From Planctomycetota bacterium (GTDB lineage: Bacteria; Planctomycetota; JAJSAM01; JAJVHW01), in contig CBDFJG010000004.1 in assembly GCA_965248445.1 (NCBI GenBank), positions 32,001-96,000 of the forward strand: a stretch of 64,000 nucleotides of DNA, in the 5' to 3' direction. Shown piece after piece: positions 49,271-58,055 of the stretch. The position numbers and the translations under genes are program-made. Position 1 is the first letter of the stretch. Each line of letters opens with the position of its first letter. A model generated the notes under the pieces. It saw only the letters and a list, made by a program, of their open reading frames with translations. It was not told the DNA's origin and did not search any database.

Positions 49271-50191
49271 CAGATCGGGCTCCCGGCCGTCGCAGCCTCG
49301 CGCGCGTCCTCTGCGTTCTGCAGCCGCGTACACACGCGTCTCGTCGCTGATGTCGGTGTCAGACGACGCCAGCCACGGGCCGAGCTTGGCGATCAGCGTG
49401 TCCACGGTCCCCTTCGACGCCGCTGCGATGGGCCTGCCCGCGTCCTCGCCGTACGCCTCGTTGTCCGGCACGAGGGCCGGGTCCGGGCCACCGCCGGCGT
49501 CCCTGACGTCGGCCTGCTCGGTGACGTTTCGGGTGACCTCGCCCGTGTCGGTGTCCAGCGTCTCGTCGGGGCCGTAGAGTCTCTTCGCGGCACCCTCCGC
49601 ATCCACGGGGTCGGCGCGGAAGACCTGGGCCATGAAGACGGGGCGGCCGATGGCGTCCTTGCTCTGCGTCCGAGAGATGCCCGACTCGGCGATGCACCGC
49701 GACTTCGCGTAGGTCGTCGTCAGCTCCTGGATCTTCTTGCGCATCCGCTTGAGTTCCTTGCCGCTCTTGCCGTGCGCCTCGACCGCCTCGTCGCGCAGGT
49801 CGAGCTGCGCGTCCCCAGTGATGGCCCTCCATTGGCCGGTGTAGTCCCGGTAACGGCCCTTCACCTCCACCGAGCACACGAACGGGTGGACGTAGCCGTC
49901 CAGCCGCTTCATCCCCACCCACTCGATACCGATCCCGGCGGCGAGTAGCTTGAGGAACGTCGCTTTGAAGCATCGCTTCTTGCTCGACTCCTCGACGTAG
50001 ATGTCCCCTTCGTTCGGGGTGATCGACGTCACGTTGACCTTGTGGCCCTCGGCGATTCCCAGGCACTCGACCGTGCCGCCGGGCGCGTACACCGGCCCCT
50101 CCTGGGAAAGGGCGACGAGCGCGTGCGTGATGGAAGTCGGCTCGTCCTTCATGCCGAGGAAGGCACCGAGAGGGTTGGCTTGGTCGGTCAT
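49270..50191 (-). CDS. Uncharacterised phage protein upstream of the sbcD-like gene; read as fused to it through a probable 1-nt insertion at about 49324
   Basis: An alternative frame gives ...LQNAEDAREAATAGSPI-TGA overlapping the nuclease ATG (TGATG). Confidence 0.7.
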
Positions 50192-50240
50192 GTCCGGTCT
50201 CCGTTGGTGGTGGCGGGGTGGTCCGTGGCGAGGGCGGCGG

Positions 50241-50408
50241 TCACGAGAGAATCCGCCTGACCAGCTCCGGCGAGAGCGCCGCCGCCAGCCAGGCCACCGA
50301 TCCGATGGCCACGACGGTCAGGATGATCGCCACCGTCTGAGAGGTCTCGGCCTGGTGCTGGGACCGGCCCTGGCCGGGGGCGACGAGGGGCTCGCGGTCG
50401 GCGGTCAT
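50241..50408 (-). CDS. Small single-TM phage protein
   Basis: ATGA overlap; one hydrophobic helix. Confidence 0.5.
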   Translation of the reverse strand: MTADREPLVAPGQGRSQHQAETSQTVAIILTVVAIGSVAWLAAALSPELVRRILS

Positions 50409-50944
50409 GCCTTCGCTCCATGCACGCGCAGCGGCTTCATGGCGGCTTCCCCGCGACGCTGGCGCTGCTTGGCGTGGCCTTGGCAGTAGCGGCTCTTGCG
50501 CGTGCGCCCACAGCCCGGGAAGTCGCACGGTCGGGGGTCTTTCACGCGCCGGACGATCACCCGGATGAACTGCGGGGGTGCGCCCAGGCTCCAGACCGAG
50601 GTGTGTCCGTTGACGCAGTGCAGGTACCGCTCGTCTCGCCGGTTGCCGCCCTTGTGAGCCGCCCACAACTCCTCGTCGCAGTCCGGGCAGTCAGCACGGA
50701 TACGCAAGCCGCGAAACCACGGCACGGACAAGCCATCAGGGGCGTCCAAGGCCACGCCTCTCCGCTGGCGCGCCAGATGGGTGTTGCACAATCCGCGAGA
50801 CCAGATCGGTCGAGGGCAGCCGTCTATCGGGCAGGAGTTGACGCCCCTGGCAGCGCCCACGCTCGAGTTCTTCCCGCTCACGACTGCCCCTCGGGCTGGC
50901 CGGCGTAGTGGCGGCGGGCGGCCGGTGGCGGTAGGTTCGGACAC
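50405..50944 (-). CDS. Cys/His-rich phage protein
   Basis: CPIDGC......GLCNTH, CPDC...CVNGH, CDFPGC....YCQGH. Confidence 0.7.
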   Translation of the reverse strand: MSEPTATGRPPPLRRPARGAVVSGKNSSVGAARGVNSCPIDGCPRPIWSRGLCNTHLARQRRGVALDAPDGLSVPWFRGLRIRADCPDCDEELWAAHKGGNRRDERYLHCVNGHTSVWSLGAPPQFIRVIVRRVKDPRPCDFPGCGRTRKSRYCQGHAKQRQRRGEAAMKPLRVHGAKA

Positions 50945-51299
50945 ATCGGACCCTCCGTGGGTTCGTCAGGGCTGGGGGGACTCGTCGGCAAACTGGACCC
51001 CCCCGGCCCGCCTCTGTTCTGTCAGCTCATGCGGCCTGGTGCGCCGCCCCCCGGTGGGTGCCCGCGGGCAGATCCACGCGCGGAGCGCGAACCCGACTCA
51101 CCCCGGTGGCCGGTGCGCGGATTCCGCCGCTGGCGCCCTCGACGAGGACGGATCGAGCGTTTTCCGCGATTGCCCGAAACGAAACGCGGGCTCGCTGCAT
51201 CAGGGAGATATGGGGTCCCGGTTCGCTGGGCCGCGCGTTCGCCGGAGATGACGCAGGAATCGCAACTTCCTTGTAATCTCGCTTCGAGGGTCCTTCAGG

Positions 51300-52342
51300 C
51301 ATGCATATCCGGTTAATGACCGCGCCCACTACATCTTGTGCTAGAAGGGCAGCGGGCTTGCAGGCTCGTCGGCGTAGACCTGTTCGTACGTGCGCGGCGG
51401 CGTCTTCGCCGCGATGCCGAGGACCGTCTGGAACGCTGCCTGCGGCGTGCGTCTCCTGTTGAACCGGAACGTGAACTCGTCGAGATACCGCTGCAGGTGC
51501 TTCTTCGAGACCCGGCCGTGGTGCGTGCCTACGAGCCAGGTCTTGAGGTTGGAGAAGACCAGGTGCAGGTGCCTCAGGACGTCCGCCTGCGCCGCGCCCA
51601 TCATCGTGGACTCGATCCCGTGCTCGTAGCCGAGTTTCTCGACTGCGTCGTAGGTCTCGTGGCCGTCGGTCACGACGAGCGCCCCACGCTCGATGCTGTC
51701 CTTGACGAACGCCAGCAGGTGCGGCTTCGATGAGGCCGGCACGTGGCGCAGCCGGATGCGTCCGGGCTGTGTGCCTCTCTTCGTCGGACGCACCTCGACC
51801 GCGCCGACCACGACGGCCTTGTCTGCCGCGGTGCGCTCCTCTCGGCCTCGAAACGGCGCTCCGATCAGCGCCTCGTCGACCTCGACGACGCCGAACAACT
51901 GCGCGCGCTCCGGCGCGACCATCGCAGATCGCAGTTTCTGGAGCATCTGGTACGCGGTCTCGTAGCGGGTCAGACCGAGCTGTCGCTGGAGTGCGAGCGC
52001 AGAGACGCCCCGCTTGTCCGTCGTCATCAAGTACGCGGCCCACATCCAGGACTTCAGCGGCAGCCGGCTGCGATGCAGCACTGTGCCCGCGGTGACCGAC
52101 GTGATCAGGTCGCAGCCCACGCACCGCATCGCTCTTCGATCTGGACGGGGCCAGTACTTCTTGCCGCCGCACCGGCGGCAGCGGAACCCGTCGGGCCAAC
52201 GACACTGCACGAGGTACTCGAGGCACTGCTCTTCCGTCGCGAACTGCTCCGTGAACTCCACGATGTTGCGAGGGTAGCCCGGCTTCGGCATGCGTCCGAG
52301 ACACTACCCCTTGGGGTCACGGTCGTCAACCGGATATGCATG
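51300..52342 (-). mobile_element. IS1595 family, ISSod11 group, copy A (1043 bp)
   Basis: IRs CATGCATATCCGGTT(A/G)A(T/C)GACC. Flanks CCTTCAGG and GTTTGGAC do not match. Confidence 0.93.
51341..52291 (-). CDS. IS1595-family transposase
   Basis: Zn ribbon, GVSALALQRQLG, EVDE, TDG...Y, YLDEFTFRFNRR. Confidence 0.95.
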   Translation of the reverse strand: MPKPGYPRNIVEFTEQFATEEQCLEYLVQCRWPDGFRCRRCGGKKYWPRPDRRAMRCVGCDLITSVTAGTVLHRSRLPLKSWMWAAYLMTTDKRGVSALALQRQLGLTRYETAYQMLQKLRSAMVAPERAQLFGVVEVDEALIGAPFRGREERTAADKAVVVGAVEVRPTKRGTQPGRIRLRHVPASSKPHLLAFVKDSIERGALVVTDGHETYDAVEKLGYEHGIESTMMGAAQADVLRHLHLVFSNLKTWLVGTHHGRVSKKHLQRYLDEFTFRFNRRRTPQAAFQTVLGIAAKTPPRTYEQVYADEPASPLPF

Positions 52343-53672
52343 GTTTGGACCCGGTGCACGTTGAGGCATCCGCTCGAGGACGACGCTGCCATCAGTTACG
52401 CGGCCTCAGCTTGCGCTGGGCCCGTTCAGCCACCGCAGTCGCCGCACCTTCGAGTTGGGAGATGGGCATCGCCCGCGTAGGCGCGTTGCTCGGTCGATCA
52501 GGCTCCCGTGTTGTTCGTGGTGTTCAGTCGGTCATCACGCCGCTCGAGCGAGCGGCTCGTACGCGCGGTCCTTCGTCCAGAGCGCGTGGAAGAGTACGGC
52601 GAGCTTGCGGGCCACCGCGACGGTCGCCCGCTTCTTCGCGTTCTTCCCGCCGCGCTCCGCCAGTGCCAATCCCCAGCGTCTCACGTCGCTGTCGGGCCCA
52701 TGCGGCCCGAGCACGTAGTGCGCGCACTGCACGAGCAGGCGGCGGAGCATTCGATCGCCACACTTCGTGATCCTCAGCTGTCGGTCGATCTTGCCCGACT
52801 GGTCCTGACGCGGCACCACGCCGATGTACGCTCCCACGTCGCGACTGCGGGAGAAACGCCCCGGGTCGTGGATGACGAGCACGTAGGCCAGCGCGGTCAG
52901 CGGCCCCACACCGGCGACCTGGCGCAGACGCTTCGTCATCGGATAGACCTCCTGGCAGAGTCGCGCGACGTGCTCGTCGTAGCGATCGATCGTCTTCGTG
53001 AGAGACTCGATCGCGTCCAGCAGTGGAGTCAGCGCGTCCCGCAGGACCTCGGGCACGGACTCGCGCACCCGCCGGTGGAAGCTCCTCGCAGAGCACGACG
53101 GCAGTCGATGCCCCAGCGACTTGACGGCGCCGCGTGCGGCATTCACGAGTTTCGTGCGCGCAGAGACCACGCGCTCCCGCGCGCGCAGCAGCGCCATGTC
53201 GGCCTGCATGGACTCGCCCCGGTGGACCACCGGATGCAGCAGGCCGGGATGCCCCGCACCGAGCTGCGCCAGCACCAGTGCGTCGCGCCGATCCGTCTTC
53301 TTCGGCGAGTCCCAGATCGCTCGCAGCCGTCGCGCGTCCGCCACGATCACGTCGTGGCCGTGGGACGCGACCAGCCGGCTGATCCACGGAGAGTGCGTCC
53401 CGCTCTCCATCACCACCTTGGACCGCTCCGTCTGCTCGAAGAACTTGCCGAGCGCCTTGCGTGTCGCCCCGACCCGTCCCTCCCCGACGACCTCCCCCGT
53501 CTTGCGGTCGAGCATGCAGACATGCACCACGCGATCACCCAGGTCCATCCCGATCACGAAACGTGTAGCCTTTGCCATAGCCGGTTCCTCCTCGGGCTCG
53601 CAAGCCCGTCAGCGCCTCTGGAAACCGCTACGGGTTACACCGAGGCAGGGACCGGCCTTCTTGTATGACGTC
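52343..53672 (-). mobile_element. IS110-family element of IS1111 type (short 5' end, long 3' non-coding region cut by IS1595 copy A)
   Basis: About 95 nt upstream and at least 190 nt of structured sequence downstream of the recombinase gene. Left boundary approximate. Confidence 0.75.
52535..53578 (-). CDS. IS110-family recombinase/transposase
   Basis: IGMDL, VMES, KTDRRDA, GVGPLTA, GVVPRQDQSG, ITKCGD, VAVARKL. Confidence 0.95.
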   Translation of the reverse strand: MAKATRFVIGMDLGDRVVHVCMLDRKTGEVVGEGRVGATRKALGKFFEQTERSKVVMESGTHSPWISRLVASHGHDVIVADARRLRAIWDSPKKTDRRDALVLAQLGAGHPGLLHPVVHRGESMQADMALLRARERVVSARTKLVNAARGAVKSLGHRLPSCSARSFHRRVRESVPEVLRDALTPLLDAIESLTKTIDRYDEHVARLCQEVYPMTKRLRQVAGVGPLTALAYVLVIHDPGRFSRSRDVGAYIGVVPRQDQSGKIDRQLRITKCGDRMLRRLLVQCAHYVLGPHGPDSDVRRWGLALAERGGKNAKKRATVAVARKLAVLFHALWTKDRAYEPLARAA

Positions 53673-53676
53673 CACT

Positions 53677-53880
53677 CATGCCCGCGACCTACGGTGGACA
53701 GAGATCGACGAGAGCCGGGAGAGGGTCGCCGCGGCCTTCACGAGGCGCAGTCCTCGGAGATGAGATTGGCGCCCTCGACCGGCGACCCACGCTCGGACGG
53801 GATCCTGAGGCGCGCAGACGCGCGTCCTCGCATGAACAAGGATGAGTACGGTCGCCGGCTCCGAGGCTCCCGGTCCTCCT
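53677..53880 (+). ncRNA. Bridge RNA (target- and donor-binding loops)
   Basis: Guides GGCCTTCAC 53733-41, GAGATGAG 53757-64, GACGGGATC 53796-804, GCATGA 53830-35, each pair flanking an internal hairpin. Transcript ends uncertain. Confidence 0.8.
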
Positions 53881-54924
53881 CGTCGCATGACAGGAGGTGC
53901 ACGATGCGCTACGCGGGGATAGACATCGCTTCGAAGAAGCACGTCGTGGCGGTGATGGACGAGGACGAAGAGATCCTGGTGCGGCCCACCGCCTTCGGTG
54001 AGGACGCACAGGGCTACGAGGAGCTCTTCGAGTTGCTCGGCGTCCCTCGAGACGTGCTCGTGGCCTTGGAGGCGACCGGGCACTACTGGCGCAACTTGGC
54101 GGCGGAGCTTCTCTCGCGCGGTTTCGCCATGGTGCTGATCAATCCGCTGCGGACCCACCGCTTCGCCGGCGAGGACCTGCAGCGGACCAAGACCGATGCC
54201 ATCGACGCCCTCGGGCTCGCCCGGTTCGCTCGCCAGAAACGCCCGGAGCCCACGCGGCTGCCCGACTCCGGCACCGAGGAACTGCGCGAGCTCGTCAGAC
54301 TCAGGGATCGCGTGGTCCAGGACTTTGGAGACCGGGTCCGCCGGCTTCACCGCTTGGTGGACCTGGGTTTCCCGGAGTTCACACGCCACGTCCGCACCCT
54401 CGACAGCGAACTCGCCACGGCGCTGCTCAACCGCCATCCCACCGCGCAGGCCTTTGTGGGTGTCTCGGTCAAGCGACTCGCCGCGCTCCATTACGACGGA
54501 CGTCACCGAGTCGGGCGGCAGCTTGCCCAAGACCTGGTCCGTGCAGCCAAGTCGTCCGTGGGCCGCCACCACGCCGAGGCCTATCGCACTCAGGTCCGGT
54601 ACGCCTGCGAGGATCTGGACTTGCTGCGCCGGCGCCTTCGCGACTTGGAGAAGCTGATCGGGGGAACCCTGGAGCACCACGAGGTCGGCAAGCTCCTCAC
54701 GACCATCGACGGCATCGGGCCACAGACCGCCGCGCGGCTCGTCGCGGAGCTGGGCGACATCACTCGTTTCCGCGACGCCAAGGCGCTGGCGTCATACATC
54801 GGGGTCGTCCCGGCACTCAAGCAGTCCGGACGCAACCAGGGCCAACGCGCCGCCATCACCCGCATCGGGCACGCCCGGCTGCGCAGGGCCCTGTGGATGC
54901 CCGTCCTGACCGCGGTGCGCAGGA

Positions 54925-55967
54925 CATGCATATCCGGTTGACGACCGTGACCCCAAGGGGTAGTGTCTCGGACGCATGCCGAAGCCGGGCTACCCTCGCA
55001 ACATCGTGGAGTTCACGGAGCAGTTCGCGACGGAAGAGCAGTGCCTCGAGTACCTCGTGCAGTGTCGTTGGCCCGACGGGTTCCGCTGCCGCCGGTGCGG
55101 CGGCAAGAAGTACTGGCCCCGTCCAGATCGAAGAGCGATGCGGTGCGTGGGCTGCGACCTGATCACGTCGGTCACCGCGGGCACAGTGCTGCATCGCAGC
55201 CGGCTGCCGCTGAAGTCCTGGATGTGGGCCGCGTACTTGATGACGACGGACAAGCGGGGCGTCTCTGCGCTCGCACTCCAGCGACAGCTCGGTCTGACCC
55301 GCTACGAGACCGCGTACCAGATGCTCCAGAAACTGCGATCTGCGATGGTCGCGCCGGAGCGCGCGCAGTTGTTCGGCGTCGTCGAGGTCGACGAGGCGCT
55401 GATCGGAGCGCCGTTTCGAGGCCGAGAGGAGCGCACCGCGGCAGACAAGGCCGTCGTGGTCGGCGCGGTCGAGGTGCGTCCGACGAAGAGAGGCACACAG
55501 CCCGGACGCATCCGGCTGCGCCACGTGCCGGCCTCATCGAAGCCGCACCTGCTGGCGTTCGTCAAGGACAGCATCGAGCGTGGGGCGCTCGTCGTGACCG
55601 ACGGCCACGAGACCTACGACGCAGTCGAGAAACTCGGCTACGAGCACGGGATCGAGTCCACGATGATGGGCGCGGCGCAGGCGGACGTCCTGAGGCACCT
55701 GCACCTGGTCTTCTCCAACCTCAAGACCTGGCTCGTAGGCACGCACCACGGCCGGGTCTCGAAGAAGCACCTGCAGCGGTATCTCGACGAGTTCACGTTC
55801 CGGTTCAACAGGAGACGCACGCCGCAGGCAGCGTTCCAGACGGTCCTCGGCATCGCGGCGAAGACGCCGCCGCGCACGTACGAACAGGTCTACGCCGACG
55901 AGCCTGCAAGCCCGCTGCCCTTCTAGCACAAGATGTAGTGGGCGCGGTCATTAACCGGATATGCATG
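54925..55967 (+). mobile_element. IS1595 family, ISSod11 group, copy B (1043 bp) with 8-bp target duplication
   Basis: GCGCAGGA at 54917-24 and 55968-75; inverted twin of copy A. Confidence 0.97.
54976..55926 (+). CDS. IS1595-family transposase
   Basis: Protein identical to 51341-52291. Confidence 0.95.
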   Translation: MPKPGYPRNIVEFTEQFATEEQCLEYLVQCRWPDGFRCRRCGGKKYWPRPDRRAMRCVGCDLITSVTAGTVLHRSRLPLKSWMWAAYLMTTDKRGVSALALQRQLGLTRYETAYQMLQKLRSAMVAPERAQLFGVVEVDEALIGAPFRGREERTAADKAVVVGAVEVRPTKRGTQPGRIRLRHVPASSKPHLLAFVKDSIERGALVVTDGHETYDAVEKLGYEHGIESTMMGAAQADVLRHLHLVFSNLKTWLVGTHHGRVSKKHLQRYLDEFTFRFNRRRTPQAAFQTVLGIAAKTPPRTYEQVYADEPASPLPF

Positions 55968-56407
55968 GCGCAGGAACCCCTGGCTGCGCGCCTTCTACGA
56001 ACGGCTTCGGTCCCAGGGCAAGCTCCCGAAGGTCGCCCTCGTCGCGTCCATGCGAAAGCTCCTGGTCGCCGTCCACTGGGTGGCTCGAAACAAACAGCCC
56101 TTCGTCCCCCGGCCCACACCCGTGGCCACGTCGGCCACGCAGGTGCCCGCATGAGCCACGAGTCTTCCGAGCGAACTCGCGCGCGCTCCGCCGCCCCGGA
56201 TTCATGCCCGAGCCGACAGGCGAAGGCGTCGCACCACCCAACCTGTCCTCGCGGCCCGCCGAGCGCGGTCCCCGCGCGCAGGCGAGGCGGGCAGCGCCAA
56301 CAACGCTCTAAGAACCTTGGTCGAGAAGACGGGATCTCATCTCATCAGGTACTCCTCAAGATCGTCGAGCGAAAGCTCTTCGGGTAGGCGAGACGGTAGA
56401 CCCAGGT

Positions 56408-57064
56408 TCACTCGTCCGCGCCGCGGTGGCGCGTCGCCTCCTCGTCCACCCAGTCCTCCTCCTCGTAAGTCATGCCGCGACGACCGGGGACGCTTCGTGT
56501 GGGTCCCGCTCGATAGATCGGGCACGCGAGCGGTCCGTAGCAGAAGGTCTCGCGCCGGTGCCGCTTCCGGTCGCGGTTCCACTGGTCGATGATGATCTCT
56601 ACGGGCATCTCGCAGCCCCATACGCAGCTCGCGCAGCGCGCCGCGTAGGTACGAGCGGCGAGTCGTCGATGACCGCGTCGGCGGTACTCAGTGAGCGACG
56701 GCGCAAGGCCGTGCCAGGGCGGATCGTCGCCCTCGGTCATGCGCTCTCCGGGCGCGTGCTTCAGCGCGCTCACGCGGTAGAACTCCGCTGTCTCAGTCCG
56801 CGGATCGGCGACCGACACCGCCTTGCCCGACAGAGCGTCGCCAATGCGGAAATCGTGCTTCACGTGCTGCGACTTGCTGACGGCAACGGCGAACTCGTGG
56901 GGGTCACCATCGACCTCGCCGTCAAGCCGCAGGACGTATCCCAGGTAGGAGTGCGTGCGCTCGTCGAACGAGCGTGTGAGCCGGATGCGGGGCTGGACCG
57001 AAACGATGCGGCCCGACCACGAACGCTTCGGTCCAAGAGTCCGTCGCCGACGTCGCAGCGGCAC
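56408..57064 (-). CDS. Hypothetical protein with a Cys-rich C-terminal part
   Basis: VQPRIRLTRSFDER..SYLGY; CASCVWGC...FCYGPLAC. Confidence 0.75.
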   Translation of the reverse strand: MPLRRRRRTLGPKRSWSGRIVSVQPRIRLTRSFDERTHSYLGYVLRLDGEVDGDPHEFAVAVSKSQHVKHDFRIGDALSGKAVSVADPRTETAEFYRVSALKHAPGERMTEGDDPPWHGLAPSLTEYRRRGHRRLAARTYAARCASCVWGCEMPVEIIIDQWNRDRKRHRRETFCYGPLACPIYRAGPTRSVPGRRGMTYEEEDWVDEEATRHRGADE

Positions 57065-57130
57065 AAGACTAGCGGCGACCCGTTTCTGGATCCAGCCTCA
57101 GATCAACCTCGAATCGGGGCTCCTGGCCCC

Positions 57131-57143
57131 CGTGAACGGTTAC
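57131..57143. repeat. Orphan IS66-type right terminal IR
   Basis: CGTGAACGGTTAC (reverse complement GTAACCGTTCACG), 12/13 identical to the IR at 57292. Confidence 0.55.
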
Positions 57144-57291
57144 CCGCACCCGCCCCCAAGTGCATCCCCAAGTCGGAATGGAGGCGCGTCGCGAATTCCG
57201 CGAATACCGGCGAATGGACGATGGTAGCAAGTCGTTGAGGCACGTCCGGCTTCCCTGACTCAGAGCATTATGGGCGTTTCCCTCCCCCATC

Positions 57292-58054
57292 GTACCCGTT
57301 CACGCCTTCGTCCTGAGCCCGGATCCAGCCATCGGCGCTGGCGGTCGATCAAGAGGGTGTGGGCGAAGATCTTCCCAGCGATGTGGCGGAGCTGCGCGAG
57401 CTCGTCGGTCGCCTGCTGCGTCGCATCGCCGAGCTCGAGGGTCGAGAGCGCCAGCACTTGCGGCGCATCGGGCGCATCGAGCAGCTGGAGTCGCGCCTCA
57501 GGCGCGACTCCAGCACGTCCTCACGCCCTCCGTCGAGTGACGCTCCGTGGTCCAAGCGCCGCGGCCATCGCCGTCCGCCGTCTGGCAAGAAGCAGGGCGC
57601 TCAGCCCGGCCATCCGGGCAAGACGCGCAACCTCGTCGATCCAGGCGACGTCGATGAGATCGTCAACCACGAGCCGAGCGCGTGCCGCACATGGGGACAC
57701 GACGAGCTCGTGGACAGCGATCTTGCGCCTCGCCGCCACCAGGTGACCGAGATCTCGCCGCTCTTGGCGACGATCACCGAGCACCGCCTACACGGGCGGC
57801 TCTGCCGGCACTGCGGCGACGAGGTCTTCGCCGATCTGCCCGAAGGCGTGTCCCCCAGCGCCTTCGGGCCGCGGCTGCAGGCTCTGGTCGTCACCCTCGT
57901 GGCCGCCTACCAGCTGAGCCGTTCCGAGGCGGCACGTCTGCTCTCCGAGGCCTTCGACGTGAAGATCTCGGTCGGCAGCGTCAGCAACATCGAGCGGCGG
58001 ATGTCCCGGGCGCTCGAGGCCGCGTTCGAGCGGACGCTTGAGCCGTTGCGCGGG
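57292..58054 (+). mobile_element. IS66-family remnant: left IR plus the N-terminal half of the transposase (from 57359)
   Basis: GTACCCGTTCACG; DSSTSSRPPSSD, GAQPGHPG, RRHQVTEI, CRHCG, FGPRLQA. No DDE region. Confidence 0.85.
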
Positions 58055-58055
58055 A

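Larger units (their letters stand above)
41200..51299. mobile_element. Truncated prophage/integrative element (integration and early recombination genes only)
   Basis: Integrase converging on a tightly overlapping minus-strand phage-type operon. Ends at an IS1595 copy that lacks a target duplication. Confidence 0.85.
53904..56154 (+). pseudogene. IS110-family recombinase split by IS1595
   Basis: AGIDIA, LEATG, KTDAIDA, GIGPQTA, KQSG. Removing 54925-55975 restores AVRRNPWLRAFYERL...MRKLL to TGA at 56154. Confidence 0.93.
53675..56337 (+). mobile_element. IS110-group element bounded by CT cores, interrupted by IS1595 copy B
   Basis: CT at 53675-76 and 56336-37. Ends are defined by complementarity to the internal guide segments. 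Confidence 0.85.

Noticed and set aside
48092..50191. Genuine ancient 699-aa fusion protein
   Set aside because: An alternative frame restores a TGATG-coupled two-gene layout with one base removed.
51027..51200. 57-aa minus-strand ORF (MQRARVSF...)
   Set aside because: Plausible position for a phage gene, but it has no motif or clear SD, so there is too little support to list it.
52998..53903. N-terminal part of the 647-aa IS110 ORF
   Set aside because: It spans the antisense of the other IS110 gene and the bridge-RNA region; the real start is ATG 53904 after AGGAGG.
56310..56337. Sigma70 promoter formed at the IS110 circle junction
   Set aside because: TTGGTC is a weak -35 and I found no convincing -10 at 16-18 nt spacing after joining the ends.
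56408..57290. Integron cassette with attC sites
   Set aside because: No clear RYYYAAC...GTTRRRY paired structure around the gene and no integron integrase in the window.
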